Source: Balanoglossus misakiensis (Eukaryota; Animalia; Hemichordata). Taken from it: 64,000 nucleotides of DNA. The notes under the pieces are model-generated. The model worked only from the letters and a program-made list of their open reading frames with translations. It was not told the origin of the DNA and ran no database searches. The first letter of the stretch is position 1; each line of letters begins with the position of its first letter. Location of the stretch: the NCBI GenBank assembly GCA_040954595.2, contig CM082587.2:7243705-7307704 (forward strand), in the 5' to 3' direction. The position numbers and the translations under genes are program-made. Of this stretch, positions 27,236 to 38,689 are shown in pieces.

Positions 27236-28641
27236 TTAAGGTGAAAGACCTGAACCATAAATCACTAGGCAATTCTTTGGTGAACAGATGACCCCTTTTG
27301 CCCTGTTGTTTAACGATTGCGTCTAGACTGAAAAATCACGTATTTCCGTCTTCAGTATCAACTACTCAGGGGCTAGTATTGTGAACTGGAAATTTTTTTT
27401 AAATCTTTTATTAAAAACCCTCAGTGTTACATCAACAAATCAAAAAAAAAAAAAGAAAAAAGAAAAAAAAAAGAAAAAAGAAATCAACCAAAAACTCACA
27501 TCATAGATATAATAGCTTCAAAAATTCTTACACTTTCTGGATGATTGCATATTTCCTGGTATACCTTGTACCTCAATATAAACTGGAAAGTTCACAGTCA
27601 GACAAAACTGGGGCACACGTGAAGTGCTCCCATAGTTTACTTGAAACACACCACACAATGCGTTCTACACATTAGTATAAACCTACTGCTGCAACCTATG
27701 GATTTCCGTAATACAATAATTCGTGGTGTCAGAATACAATAATTATTGAAATGAGGACACGGTGACTCATAACACCAGCGTTATGGGACGCGTTTTGACC
27801 TTTGACTTCACAGTTGTGCGATGTAAACGATGATGATATTGCATCCCACTTTATGAAAAAAATTGATATGAAAAATATACAGTCGTTATTAAACGAAATT
27901 ATTGGTGACCAAAGATGCGAAAAATTTAAAGTCCTCAATGAAATTTCAGCCGAAGGAATCTGTGAACAAGCGAGCGCGTTCATTATGGTGGTGTCTGATA
28001 ACTAGAAAGTCCGATAGCGGTCAATTCATCCTTTATCGTCCATCAAGGACGTCCGGAAAAGGTGTTCACAAAATACCGGGATTTATGTCCTCGTACATCG
28101 TACGCTTCAGTATTGTCCTCGCACTCGACTCAGACACATTGCATCGATGATGCAACATCTTTGTACGTTAGAACGTATCTTCGCAGCAGCCAAGACGAAA
28201 CAGCTAAATTCATCACCAAAGTCCCCCCGTTGTTATCAAGTCAAATATTCCGCCCCGCCAATCGGAAAACATATCGACTTGCACCAACCGCGCTTGTAAA
28301 ACGCCAAATTGACTTACTATTATGAGGTCTCGAGCTGAAAATGTATTCATTTGATCAAAAAAGTGGTCAAATAAAGTGTTATCTCAAAAATTACAATGAT
28401 CATAAATAGTGATAACAAATTATTTGAAAAAAAAAATAGATAGGGCACTTTAGCTTATGAACTCCTATTCCTTAAACATGGCAAAAATCGGCCATCTTGA
28501 AATTGTGTCGACCATGTGAGATTTTTATCACCCACCTAGGTAGCCAAAAACCTATTTAAGGTCGGGAGAATTAGCAGCAACGCCTCCAGAGGCGGGTCTA
28601 TTGTATGACGTTAACAGTCACATGTCCCCAGCATTTCTACT

Positions 28642-31600
28642 TCAGTTAATATCAATAACCCCCTTTGGTATGTGCTGCAATGACGCCAAATATATTGTTG
28701 ATCGATTGAGGCGGTTCCTCTCTGACTCTGCTACAAGTGTCCATGCTGATCCGCCGCAACCGATGAAAACTTTTGCTTCTGAAACGAGGATTCACGAAAT
28801 TTCAATTAGGTTAAAGTCATGCATTTTTTTGTCCTAAAACATTTGGGACAAAATCACGGTAGTTAAAGCACACGACCTTATTCACTTACGTTTTATGATT
28901 TCCTGTTCGACTAAAGATATTACATAATTGTCGTCCTGGTAGGAAGCGATGCTGGGAACACCCTCTACCAAGTCTTTCTTAGTGAACAGCTGAGAAATTC
29001 TCCGTCGGAGAATAGTGTACATTCTCTGAAGGGAGAGGGCAAATAGTAAATTGGAATCATACCCATGAATGTACACAGGACAAATATTTACATGATTGGC
29101 ACATTTCAAAGACGAAAACACAAAGCAGCTAAGCTCAGAGATTCAACAAGGCACACGCTGAAAAAATCTGTAAAAAATTAAGATAATATTGACACCTGGC
29201 GAAACGATAAATTGGTGCCAGGTGCTTCGAAAATAGTTAGCGCACCCTGCTTCACTTTTGACACCCAAGGTACATCGATCTCTGTGTCGAAATATGAAGC
29301 AGGCGCACTCGAAAGGCAAATGTCACTGATGCCTATAGCCATCACTGAGTAACCGATTTGTGCCAATCTTTTCATATAGAAACAGTGGAACAGATACATA
29401 CCTCGGCAAATGGTGGATAAGCAAGGTACACACACGTGACATTTGTCTTCTTCATGAAGTCCAAGAAGACTTCAACAAAATTTTCAGCTTCATCCTGTAA
29501 GTCAAGTTTCTTAGAACCACATCCATACCATTGATTCCATATCATGCACCTGTTTACAATGCAATCATATGCACTACTGATAACATCGTGGTTTCCACCA
29601 AAATAACACTGTTATACGCAATATGTGATCAAATAGTTCCTGTTTATAAAACGTGCTTCGCCAGCTCGATCAAGACTACTAAAAACTGCTACCAACAATG
29701 TTCTTATACTACTACTGCTGCTATAACAAATACATGCACTTTGATTAACTACATGACCCCCTTGACTTGTCTGAGCAAAATAAACCCGATTTTGGCCGAC
29801 AACGTTGGGTTCTGCATTACTTGCCTTTCTCCAGTTCGGTTTCTCCAGTGGAATCCCAGAAACGGCTTGCCGTCGCATATCTTTTGCGTGGCTTCTTTTC
29901 CCAGTTGACGGATATAGGGCGCCTTCGCCAGATACCGGTCGGCCCTCTCTGCCAGCCGATTCCATCGTCTATTGTTAAAGTGCATGAAACTCAGAGACCG
30001 GTAAATGACACAGGGGTGCTCTTGCAACGCAGCCAGGCGCCTTTCTTCGCTGAAGAAGCCCATGATGTTGCAGTCGTGCGCCTCGATTTGCTGAAACCGT
30101 AATCCGGTGTCAATGAATATGTCCTCCAGCAAATTGCCGTTTTTGTACGCGTCGGATATCACCGCCCTGCCTCCGCACTCCTCGTAGAACTCGCGCGGTG
30201 TTGCGACGGGCAAAAACTGCCCGAGCCGATCGACGTCGAAAGTTTCATTGAAATTTCTAACTTCGTTGGCGTTGTCTTGGGTGATATGATCCCGTATTGG
30301 ATACAAGACCACGCTGCGATTTTGTAGAACTGCCAGTGGTAAGATTCCCTGAAATCTCATGTAATTGTTCTGTGGACCAGACCGGGGAAATACCAGAGCT
30401 TGCATCAGAAAACGACGGGAGGATCGAGATATGTTCGTCGTAGTAACTCTCGGCCCGAAGAGACACGTGACCTGAAATAATGAGAAATGTGCTAAATCTA
30501 TAAATGCGCCTTGAGGCTAATATACATGCAGATGGTTTATCGACACTGGATATTAACGATTGAATTTCCCTTGAATGTATCTTCTGTAGCTCTGGTGATC
30601 ATTGGAAGGGGCTACGTCTATTCATTCCTTTCAAACTTACATAGCAAAGTGTGGTTAAATTTTCATATCAACCATTTGAGACACTTAATACCACCTAGAA
30701 TGTTGCTTTATGTGGTGGTGGTGGTGTGGGGGGGGGGGGGGGCTGAAGGTGCCGAAAGACGTTTGGGAATTTTGTGTTTGTTGCCAACTGGGTGACGGCG
30801 CGCCAAAGTCCGAGCTACTTGAAACCAAAATAATCACATTACGTTTCAACAATCATGGTTACATGGCGCTTTGATTGCATAGAGGAACTTCACTGCAGAA
30901 TAGAAGTGTTACACCTGCCTACAGCTGATGATGTTTTGTTTTCAGTCGTTGCCTTGTTGTTAGAATATATGTACTACTAAACTACATGAACACACAAACA
31001 ACATAGTTTACCAGCCAGTAAATTCAGGTTTCTAGCTAAGCTTGACTTCACGGTATGACCACAGGGCGCAGAGAAATCGTAGAGAGGTTTAGTTACACGT
31101 AAAATTTAATATGTTCGATCAGTATGGCGGCCCATCGGAACGGCAAGCGACGCTTCTACGCGTAATCATGATTACGTGTAATATTTTTTCGGAATTTCTC
31201 GATATTCTCTCTTTAATTTGAGCGATTATTCTCTAAAGTGCAATTGTGATGTAGCCAACATCCATGTAATCTGAAAAAAAATTCTGCCATATGTGCTAAA
31301 ACCGGCGGTATTTGGTGTTTTCAGAACATGAACACAAAAAATTATTCCCATGCTAAGTTTTCAGTGGACGCCTCGATAAAGACATCGGAAAACTTCACTA
31401 AACTATATTTCCACTGCAGTCAAGAAACTTATTGCAAGGGTGGTGATCTTAGGGAATATTCATCACACACAAAATTTATTGAAGTGAAAAATATTTGAAT
31501 TTTTTATTGTTTTTAAATATTTGTGTTATTCAAAACGGACAACTAAACCGCAAAATTCACGCGTCGCTACACATACGCGAACGCCACTGCCTGCCGTCAG

Positions 31601-32977
31601 ACGTGTAACTAAACCTCTCTAATAATCGTATATGATGGTGATAATAATAAAATATTCTTTTTAAAAAAACCAACGTGGCATTCCTTGCTGCTGTTTGTCT
31701 ATGTTGTGAATAATTGTAAAAGAATACTAAAGTGTTGATAAAAGATAATCTATAGATCGCCCAACGTCGTATGGTCGCCCGTCTTGTATAGTACAGGATA
31801 GCTCTGCGTACAGGTGTTTGCGGCGTTGTGGTGGAGGCCGCAACCCCGAAAACACAGACCTGTACGCGGGGCTATAAACAGGAGTGACGCTGGGCGAACT
31901 GACGCCGGGGCGTTAACTTGAATTCAAGAATGGACACACATGAGTAAAAACAGGGGAATTTCTCAAACTTTCTAAAACTCGGGAATGTCATCAAAAGTCA
32001 GTTTAGGCGTATACTAGTAAATGGGATCATTTTTCTTGTTTTTTTTTTTAAGTTTCAGTTTAGCTCCAAACATTTCAGATTATGAAACCTTTAAGACATC
32101 AAATCAGGTCCAATAATCAATATCATTCAAGGTAAGCCAATTACAAATGCAGTTGGTCCAAGAAAGAAATTAGAACAAAATGATAATTTCAACATGGTCG
32201 TTTTGAACCACTGCATGGTGCTACCGCCATGACCACTGCTGAATGATGGTACCAGTAATTGCGCAACAGGTAAATGTGAAACTGGGACATAAAATGTACA
32301 AGAAAGCATTTCTAACTTTACCAAAAAACAATAGACATCACTGTATTTGAAGTGAAGCGGTACACGTATATATACTAGCTGGTATTCTTTCAGATTTCTG
32401 CCTACACTTTTCAATCTGCAGCTAGGTACACCGTGTGTCTATGTACCCCATGCCCTGCACGAAGTTGGACATGTATTAACAAAGTAACGAAATTAACCGT
32501 CCGTGTATGTACCCCGGCCCTGCACGAAGTTGTGTAAAATTTCAGCAAAATTTATCTCGAGTTACAGTAACGTGCGTGAGGCGAACCCGTATGAAGTCGT
32601 GGGAGGCCAACCGGACCTTGTAGATAAAGATATTTATAACAACAACAAAAATCGCCACGCAACTATGGTAGTCCAAAACTTATGACATTGCCCCACCTGT
32701 TTTGTGTCTTTTTTTCTGTTTCGTCGTCTGGGAATACTGCACCGTTTTCATGACCAAGTGTGGTTAATTTTGCTCATAGTCCTCAAGATTTAGGAGTAGG
32801 CAGAAATGTCATATATGGTAGAAATACAGAAATGCTCACCCAAGATCTTCGTATGCCTTCGGTGATCTCAGTTCCTGACAAAGTTATTGCGATCACCGTC
32901 AGCATGTAGACGAAGCTTAGAAGGAGAAATGTTCTTTTGAAAATCCCGTTCCGTGGCGCGAGTTTACGGATACCCAT
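28642..32977 (-). CDS. Type II membrane GDP-fucose protein O-fucosyltransferase-like (GT-B fold, POFUT/O-FucT-like) protein, ~401 aa
   Basis: Exons 32840-32977 (N-terminal TM: TFLLLSFVYMLTVIAITL), 29825-30471, 29402-29549, 28890-29025 and 28642-28778 total 1206 nt in one frame. Motifs GPQNNY, FLGFHWR, CVYLA and SLVEQEIIKQAKVFIGCGGSAWT resemble the O-FucT HxR and D/EQxIxxxAxxFIGxxxSxF/W motifs. The first-exon assignment is less certain than the rest. Confidence 0.75.
31080..31621. mobile_element. Non-autonomous TIR element in O-FucT-like intron 1
   Basis: Perfect 21-bp TIR TAGAGAGGTTTAGTTACACGT...ACGTGTAACTAAACCTCTCTA; TSD not clear. Confidence 0.7.
31799..31874. mobile_element. 76-bp TAG...CTA hairpin MITE related to the ends at 50930/52428
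   Basis: TAGCTCTGCGTACAGGT...ACCTGTACGCGGGGCTA. Its reverse complement aligns with 50930-50990 (GCGTACAGGTCTGTGT...GCCTCCACCACA). Confidence 0.7.
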
Positions 32978-33134
32978 TTCTGCTGAAGGCAGCATGAACA
33001 TACAGACACGAAAACTCCAATACTATTGATTCCAGGACAACTTTACCCTGGTCATTCCAATGCCTACCCGCCCCGAGCACAGATTTTCCGGAAAACGATA
33101 GCCCCCCAGACCTTTCGATTCATTGCTATATTAA

Positions 33135-33616
33135 AGGCACATAAGCTGCAACTTTTGAGATAATTATCATAATTTGTTTTTCAAACTGTACTACCATTAG
33201 TCCATGCAGATGAAGGCAGTGAACTATACACAAGCATTATAAACCCTAAATATGAGTGCATATGGAAGTTTTAACCTGATGAATAATAAAGCTTTGCCGC
33301 AAAGGAATATGGCCGCCACCGTGGGAAAATGCTAGAAACAATGAAAACGTTGCTTACTGATAGGTATACATCAACATATTATCGATGCCCGTCTGTGGCT
33401 GTATGTTGCAATTTGAATACGCTATGTATTAAACCGGTGCCACACTGATTTAATCAGCCTCCATACACACAGCTATTGTGGTATGCGTCGCCAAGAGATG
33501 ACAAACTGATGCACATACAATAATATGGCTTAATGGTGAGGATTTTAAAGGATAGGGAATACATTTGGCAGCTATGGGGGCTTAAATTTGTTTATGCAGT
33601 TGCAGCTCATGTACCT
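33135..33616. mobile_element. TTAA-flanked Kolobok-like MITE (family B)
   Basis: TTAA|AGGCACATAAGCTGCAACT...AGTTGCAGCTCATGTACCT|TTAA; similar ends at ~42772-43118. Confidence 0.75.
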
Positions 33617-35688
33617 TTAAGATGGGACACTCGTAAATTTTTGCCCGTTTCTATGGGCTGTTTTGGAACATTACATCCCTAACCGTTGTCAATCTTACAA
33701 GGGGCTGGTAACAAGTTGAAATATGCCTGACGCCATTGATATGCAAATTAGATATGTCAGATTTCAAAAGCCCCCTAGGCTTTTCAGTACGTGATACCTA
33801 TTCGTTAGTTGCACGAACCAGAGAATATCGTGAAGGATTTTATTTTCGAATATGGTCGTTATTGTATGTGTGGATTTCAGCATACCCGTACCCCCCTGAA
33901 AAAGTCACCGATTTTAGGTATTTTTTGGACGCACTCTTCCGCCGGTGTCGCTTCTTAGCAGCACGATTAGAATCTCAATTTTTATGATTATATTGCATAT
34001 TCAATTAATCGATCAAAAAAAGTTTATATAGCGCCAAAATCCAAAACAAGAAATTTTGCCCGATGACGCTCATGGTTTCAACCACACGTATCTACCGGCC
34101 AAAGACGAATAAATCAAATTATCATTGACCGGGAGAATGTGGAACTAATACCACCACCTGATTCCGATGGAGATAAAACATAATACAATGTATAACTCAA
34201 GTGAACACATCGCGATTACTTTTTCAATAACATCGGGAGAAGTTTTATTTAAAAAAATTATATCGTTCTATGTAAACAGATATGTCATATTTTATTCATT
34301 GCAATGCCACGGTACGGATCCGGACAATAACAATATTTGCATGATCAACATGTCGTGTGACTGGAAATGCTGTCTGATTTTACACAATCTTTCAGATCCC
34401 TTTTAAACTGAAAATTGAAGTACATGTAGCATGGTTGATGTGGACAATTAGTAGTAAATTAAATAACATTTTTATAAGGGTGGGATATGGTATGCTTTTC
34501 AAACTAGTTATGAACAACTCACTATTAAAGGTGGTAACAGCGGGTCAATTGGATAACAAATTGGTGTAAATTTGTTGAACCACGGACATATAGTGTCCAT
34601 GGTTAACGAACGCATTAAAAATCAATTGATGTCCTTTCTTTAACGAAGGTGGAATGAGCTCCCTCAGATTACACGAACTAAATGTGTGGTGGTCCATCCT
34701 ACTTCCACAGACTCGCCAATTCTCACATGTGGTATATATATGCGCAGTGACCGGGCAGCCGGTGTCAGCTTTCTCAGCAGGACTGCAGGCCGAGTCGAGT
34801 CTATAGTGCACATAAATAGTATATACGAAGTGTTCTCTCCAAAAGCGACGCGTGCAGGATTTTGCACACAGCCACGAGGCGGACAACTGGAATCCGAAAA
34901 GGCCCTCACCCGAGAAATGACGTCAATGCAAGTCAGTAACCTAGCACAACCCATCACCGATTGGCTGTAGAGTTTAAGTTTCAGATTTGTACATTTCTGG
35001 ACAGGGATGAGTTGAATCAACCCCGATTATATTCATTCGATAGAATCCAGATACTAAAGGTAAATGGTTGACTATACACACAGATCTTCACATAGTCACT
35101 GGAGACTGGTTTGGAGTTTAATAGTACGTGCACTGTGACACTTTCAAGTGTTTGGTGGTGCTAAAACATATGTTTCTAACGTGAGGTGGGGCTGCTGATA
35201 AATATATCAAAAGGAACTCTATCAATGTGTACAACGTAGCCACAGGTGCCTGCGGATGTCGACCGGCATCTCCAGTGTAACAGACTATGTAGTCACCATA
35301 GTATAGAATACTACAGGGGCCTTTCGACACCCGCAGGCACCTGTGGTCGTAGCCTCGTCCATCACCATCAGCAGTGGCCTGGTCTCCATACCCAGCGTGT
35401 TTTAGATAAATGGAGACCAGGCTGATCAGCAATGGCATCAACATCAAATATAGAATACACAACAAAGTATAACACTCTTCAGTATACCCAATAAGAGCTT
35501 GGATTCACTTGTGATAAATTAATGTGGAATTTATCATCCTGCTATAGGCAAAATTAGCCCGCTCTGATAAACTGTGCGAGACCCAGTTTATCATCAATAG
35601 TTGGATCTTAAACCGACAAGTCTACGTTGGAACCTCGCCATGGTCTTTCAACATCAATGGTAAAACTGGTGTAATACACGTATGCCCC

Positions 35689-37227
35689 CAATCTGATTAA
35701 AATCAGATGTAGGGCACGGCGACTTGGTTTTTTATGGTGTCGCCTCACAGTGATTGGTATGCCCCGCCCCTTTTGTGCCTTTTAACGAGATATATATCAA
35801 CTGCTGGCATCTGTCGAGTCCATGTTGACATGTTTCTGGGACATGACCTTTTTTCTTATCATGTTGCCTGATTTCTTCGACAGTTACGTTTTTCAGGTGG
35901 TGTTTTCTCTCATATGCTTTATTCAATCAAACTGTGACGCTGTTATCTGCCATCTTTGTCCTCAAACCAACTTGTGGATATCATGACTGGCTTTTTCTCT
36001 ACTGTTGAATTATTTTCCCCTCGCCTGTTGCCATAGTTTTCATTCATAGTTTTCTTGATCGTTTAAATTGAATTTATCAACAAAAAGGGAAGGTGGTAGA
36101 TCTGCATTATCAGGAATGTTATAGTCCTTGTTTCAATGAATAAGTTATATCATTGCTGTCTTTCCCAAAACAGTTGATTTCTTGTGAAGTGGGAGGGATA
36201 TGGGTCGACATTGAGGTGGTTAGCCCTACAGTAAATAAAATCCTCCTGTGTTACCACTGCGTCTTTTTCTGATATTCCCAGGTTATTATTTTTTTTTACA
36301 TATTTCTTGTTTGGTGGTGCGTATTAACGTTTTGAGGTGTGCACTTTGTTTTGTACGTTGTGAAAATTTGCTTGCAGTCAACTTGAGTTTTTCGTGTGGC
36401 AAACCTTGTTTCTGGTTTTATCTGTGATATCGTGTTCCTCTTATTTGTGTGAATGCGGTTTTGTTTATTCTGGCAAGGTCGGACGTTGTCAACTTTGATG
36501 GCCCTTGACGACATATGTCGGTCGGAATGACTTTCTGGAATGTCGGTTGTCCATAAGTGATGGATTTCTGATAGCTGCTGCGCAGTTGACCTGATAACCT
36601 TATTTTTAAGGTCAAGATATGTTATTTCGTGTGAAGAACTTCCATTCCAAAACGAAACTTTGAAAGAATTCGTTAAGCTCGTGTTCTGTTCCAATGAAAA
36701 TGAGAAATGTATCGTCTCTGAATCTCAACCGGAGTAATATTTTTGATGTTTGTTTACTACGTATATTATTTCCCCTTTTGGTTCATGGAATGTAATGTCC
36801 TCTATATATATTTGGCGAAGAGGTACATCACGTAGGCCTGCTATAACAACAACAGCATATTTATAGAATTTCGTCGCTGAATTAGAATGTGTTGTTTTTC
36901 AGAATGGTTGATAGCATGGCTAACATGTATTCTGTCGGTGGTTTCTTTACTGTTGTTTGGTTGTTGTTTTTGGGGGCGTCTAGTGCATCAAATGCTTTTT
37001 CAACTGATTATACTTCGTCGTGTGGCGTGCCAGTGTACAGAAACTGTGGGGAAATTTGATTGGACCAATTTTTCGAATTCTGTAGTGTATATGATTTATG
37101 TAGGTTGCTTTGGCACCGATTTGATTAAAATCAGATGTGGTACGGTATTCTTTTGCTGTCGCCGAACACTACAGCAGAAGTAAGTAAAAGACTTCGCCGT
37201 ACCCTACATCTGATTTCAATCAGATTG
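35689..37227. mobile_element. ~1.5-kb non-autonomous TIR element
   Basis: ~35-bp inverted ends CAATCTGATT(A/G)AAATCAGATGTAGGG(C/T)ACGGCGA, plus an extra subterminal copy near 37100; no intact ORF. Confidence 0.6.
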
Positions 37228-38259
37228 CTTTGGCACGACTTGTTTCACTTTTAGAAAATGGTCTACGAGTTCCAATATGTGGAGTGTCGGGCATGAACAT
37301 GCATGTGCATAACGCCTCCGCTTGTGATTGAGCGAATGTTGAATGTGTCCGTTGGTGGCGCTTTGTATTTGATGTACGATACCACCGGGCCAAATACATG
37401 TAGTCTGGTCCCCTCCCCCATCCCACCGCTGGCTGCGCTACGACTAACCACCCAATGCATAGTCTCAGTTACCCAGAGCCCTCTGCTTCTGTGCCCAGCG
37501 GAAGAAGCAGAGGGCGCTGGGTAACCGAGCCTACCCAATGCAGTGCGTGGTTTTTACATTCCATAGCCTTATATGTAGAATTTTGAGAAAACAGTGTTAC
37601 AGTGTTATTGTTATTCTCTTGAAAATTTAACACAAGGTGCCAAAAGAGGAGTATTATTAAATGATGTAAAGAACACACTATGTCACCGCGCTTGATTTTT
37701 TGATAGAGCGCTTCAGATATTTTCACCATAATAAAACAATAGCATGACGACTACAAGAAAAGTGCTGACTCAGCATTTTCCACAATCTTTGAGACCCCAT
37801 AACAGACAGCCGAATTAACTGTATATGTATCACAGTGACTTTTCGCCCAATCTTCAATCCCGATGTTTCGTGACGTTTGATAACATTCGGTATACACAGA
37901 AACGGTAGGCTGAGATATCAGAATTCGAAAGTATTTGATGCTGGCTTGCAATTGTTTTCTTTTTATCCATTAACGTCTTTCTTCCGTCTTGCCTACCATG
38001 ACCGATTTCCCCCCCAGTATTAACCACACCGGACACTGACTGAGCAATGTGGAGCAAAACCGGACTAAACAAAATAAAACCATACCGCGGAGATATAAGG
38101 TACCACTTTAATTATCCCACACCATTTTGATTCACTAACAGTCTGATTGTATTACACCCGATAAAATTTGATTTAAAAACAGTGAAACCCGACTTTATAT
38201 AATTTGGCAGAGTTGAAGAACCGGCGGGTGGTGATAGACACGTACGTCTACGTGTAAGA

Positions 38260-38315
38260 TGTGAACCAATGGCAGAAGAGCGCCGAGTCACGTGACCAAT
38301 CTATTTACTTCCGCT
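38260..38315 (+). promoter_or_regulatory. Putative ABCA2 proximal promoter with a perfect CLEAR/E-box palindrome
   Basis: GTCACGTGAC at 38287-38296 flanked by two CCAAT boxes, and an ETS-like ACTTCCG near 38308, ~400 bp upstream of the ATG. Confidence 0.55.
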
Positions 38316-38689
38316 GCATCATCGGCGCAGCTGATAGTTGAGAAGCAAAACATTCACCAGTGAAAGTCTGTGCTTGAGGTCTCTAGCATTCACACAGTGC
38401 AAAAAATGCCCCGGCTTGGCCGTTCCTGTACCCAAACCGAGAAAATGTGACCGCTAGACGTTTGCGAGTTCCAAGAAGTCGAGAGTCTCGCCTTATTCCT
38501 GTGAGACCGCGATAGTTTAGGCCGTTTTCCGCAGCTAGCTCAGCTGGCTAATATTTTGATCGTCATCCTCATCATCATCATCCTCCGGTCGAGACGACAG
38601 TCTGTTTCGATACTCCAAGTTTGGTGTTCCTTGGCGTCTCATCCTCCCAGACGTGAGTGGAAGCGCACAAGACAGAGAAGTCGGACGAA

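Noticed and set aside
27424-27675. Lys-rich ORF resembling an NLS-bearing protein
   Set aside because: Translation of an A-rich low-complexity tract.
34545-35020. Possible THAP/transposase remnant in Cys-rich short ORFs
   Set aside because: No convincing motif spacing; cannot be supported without a profile search.
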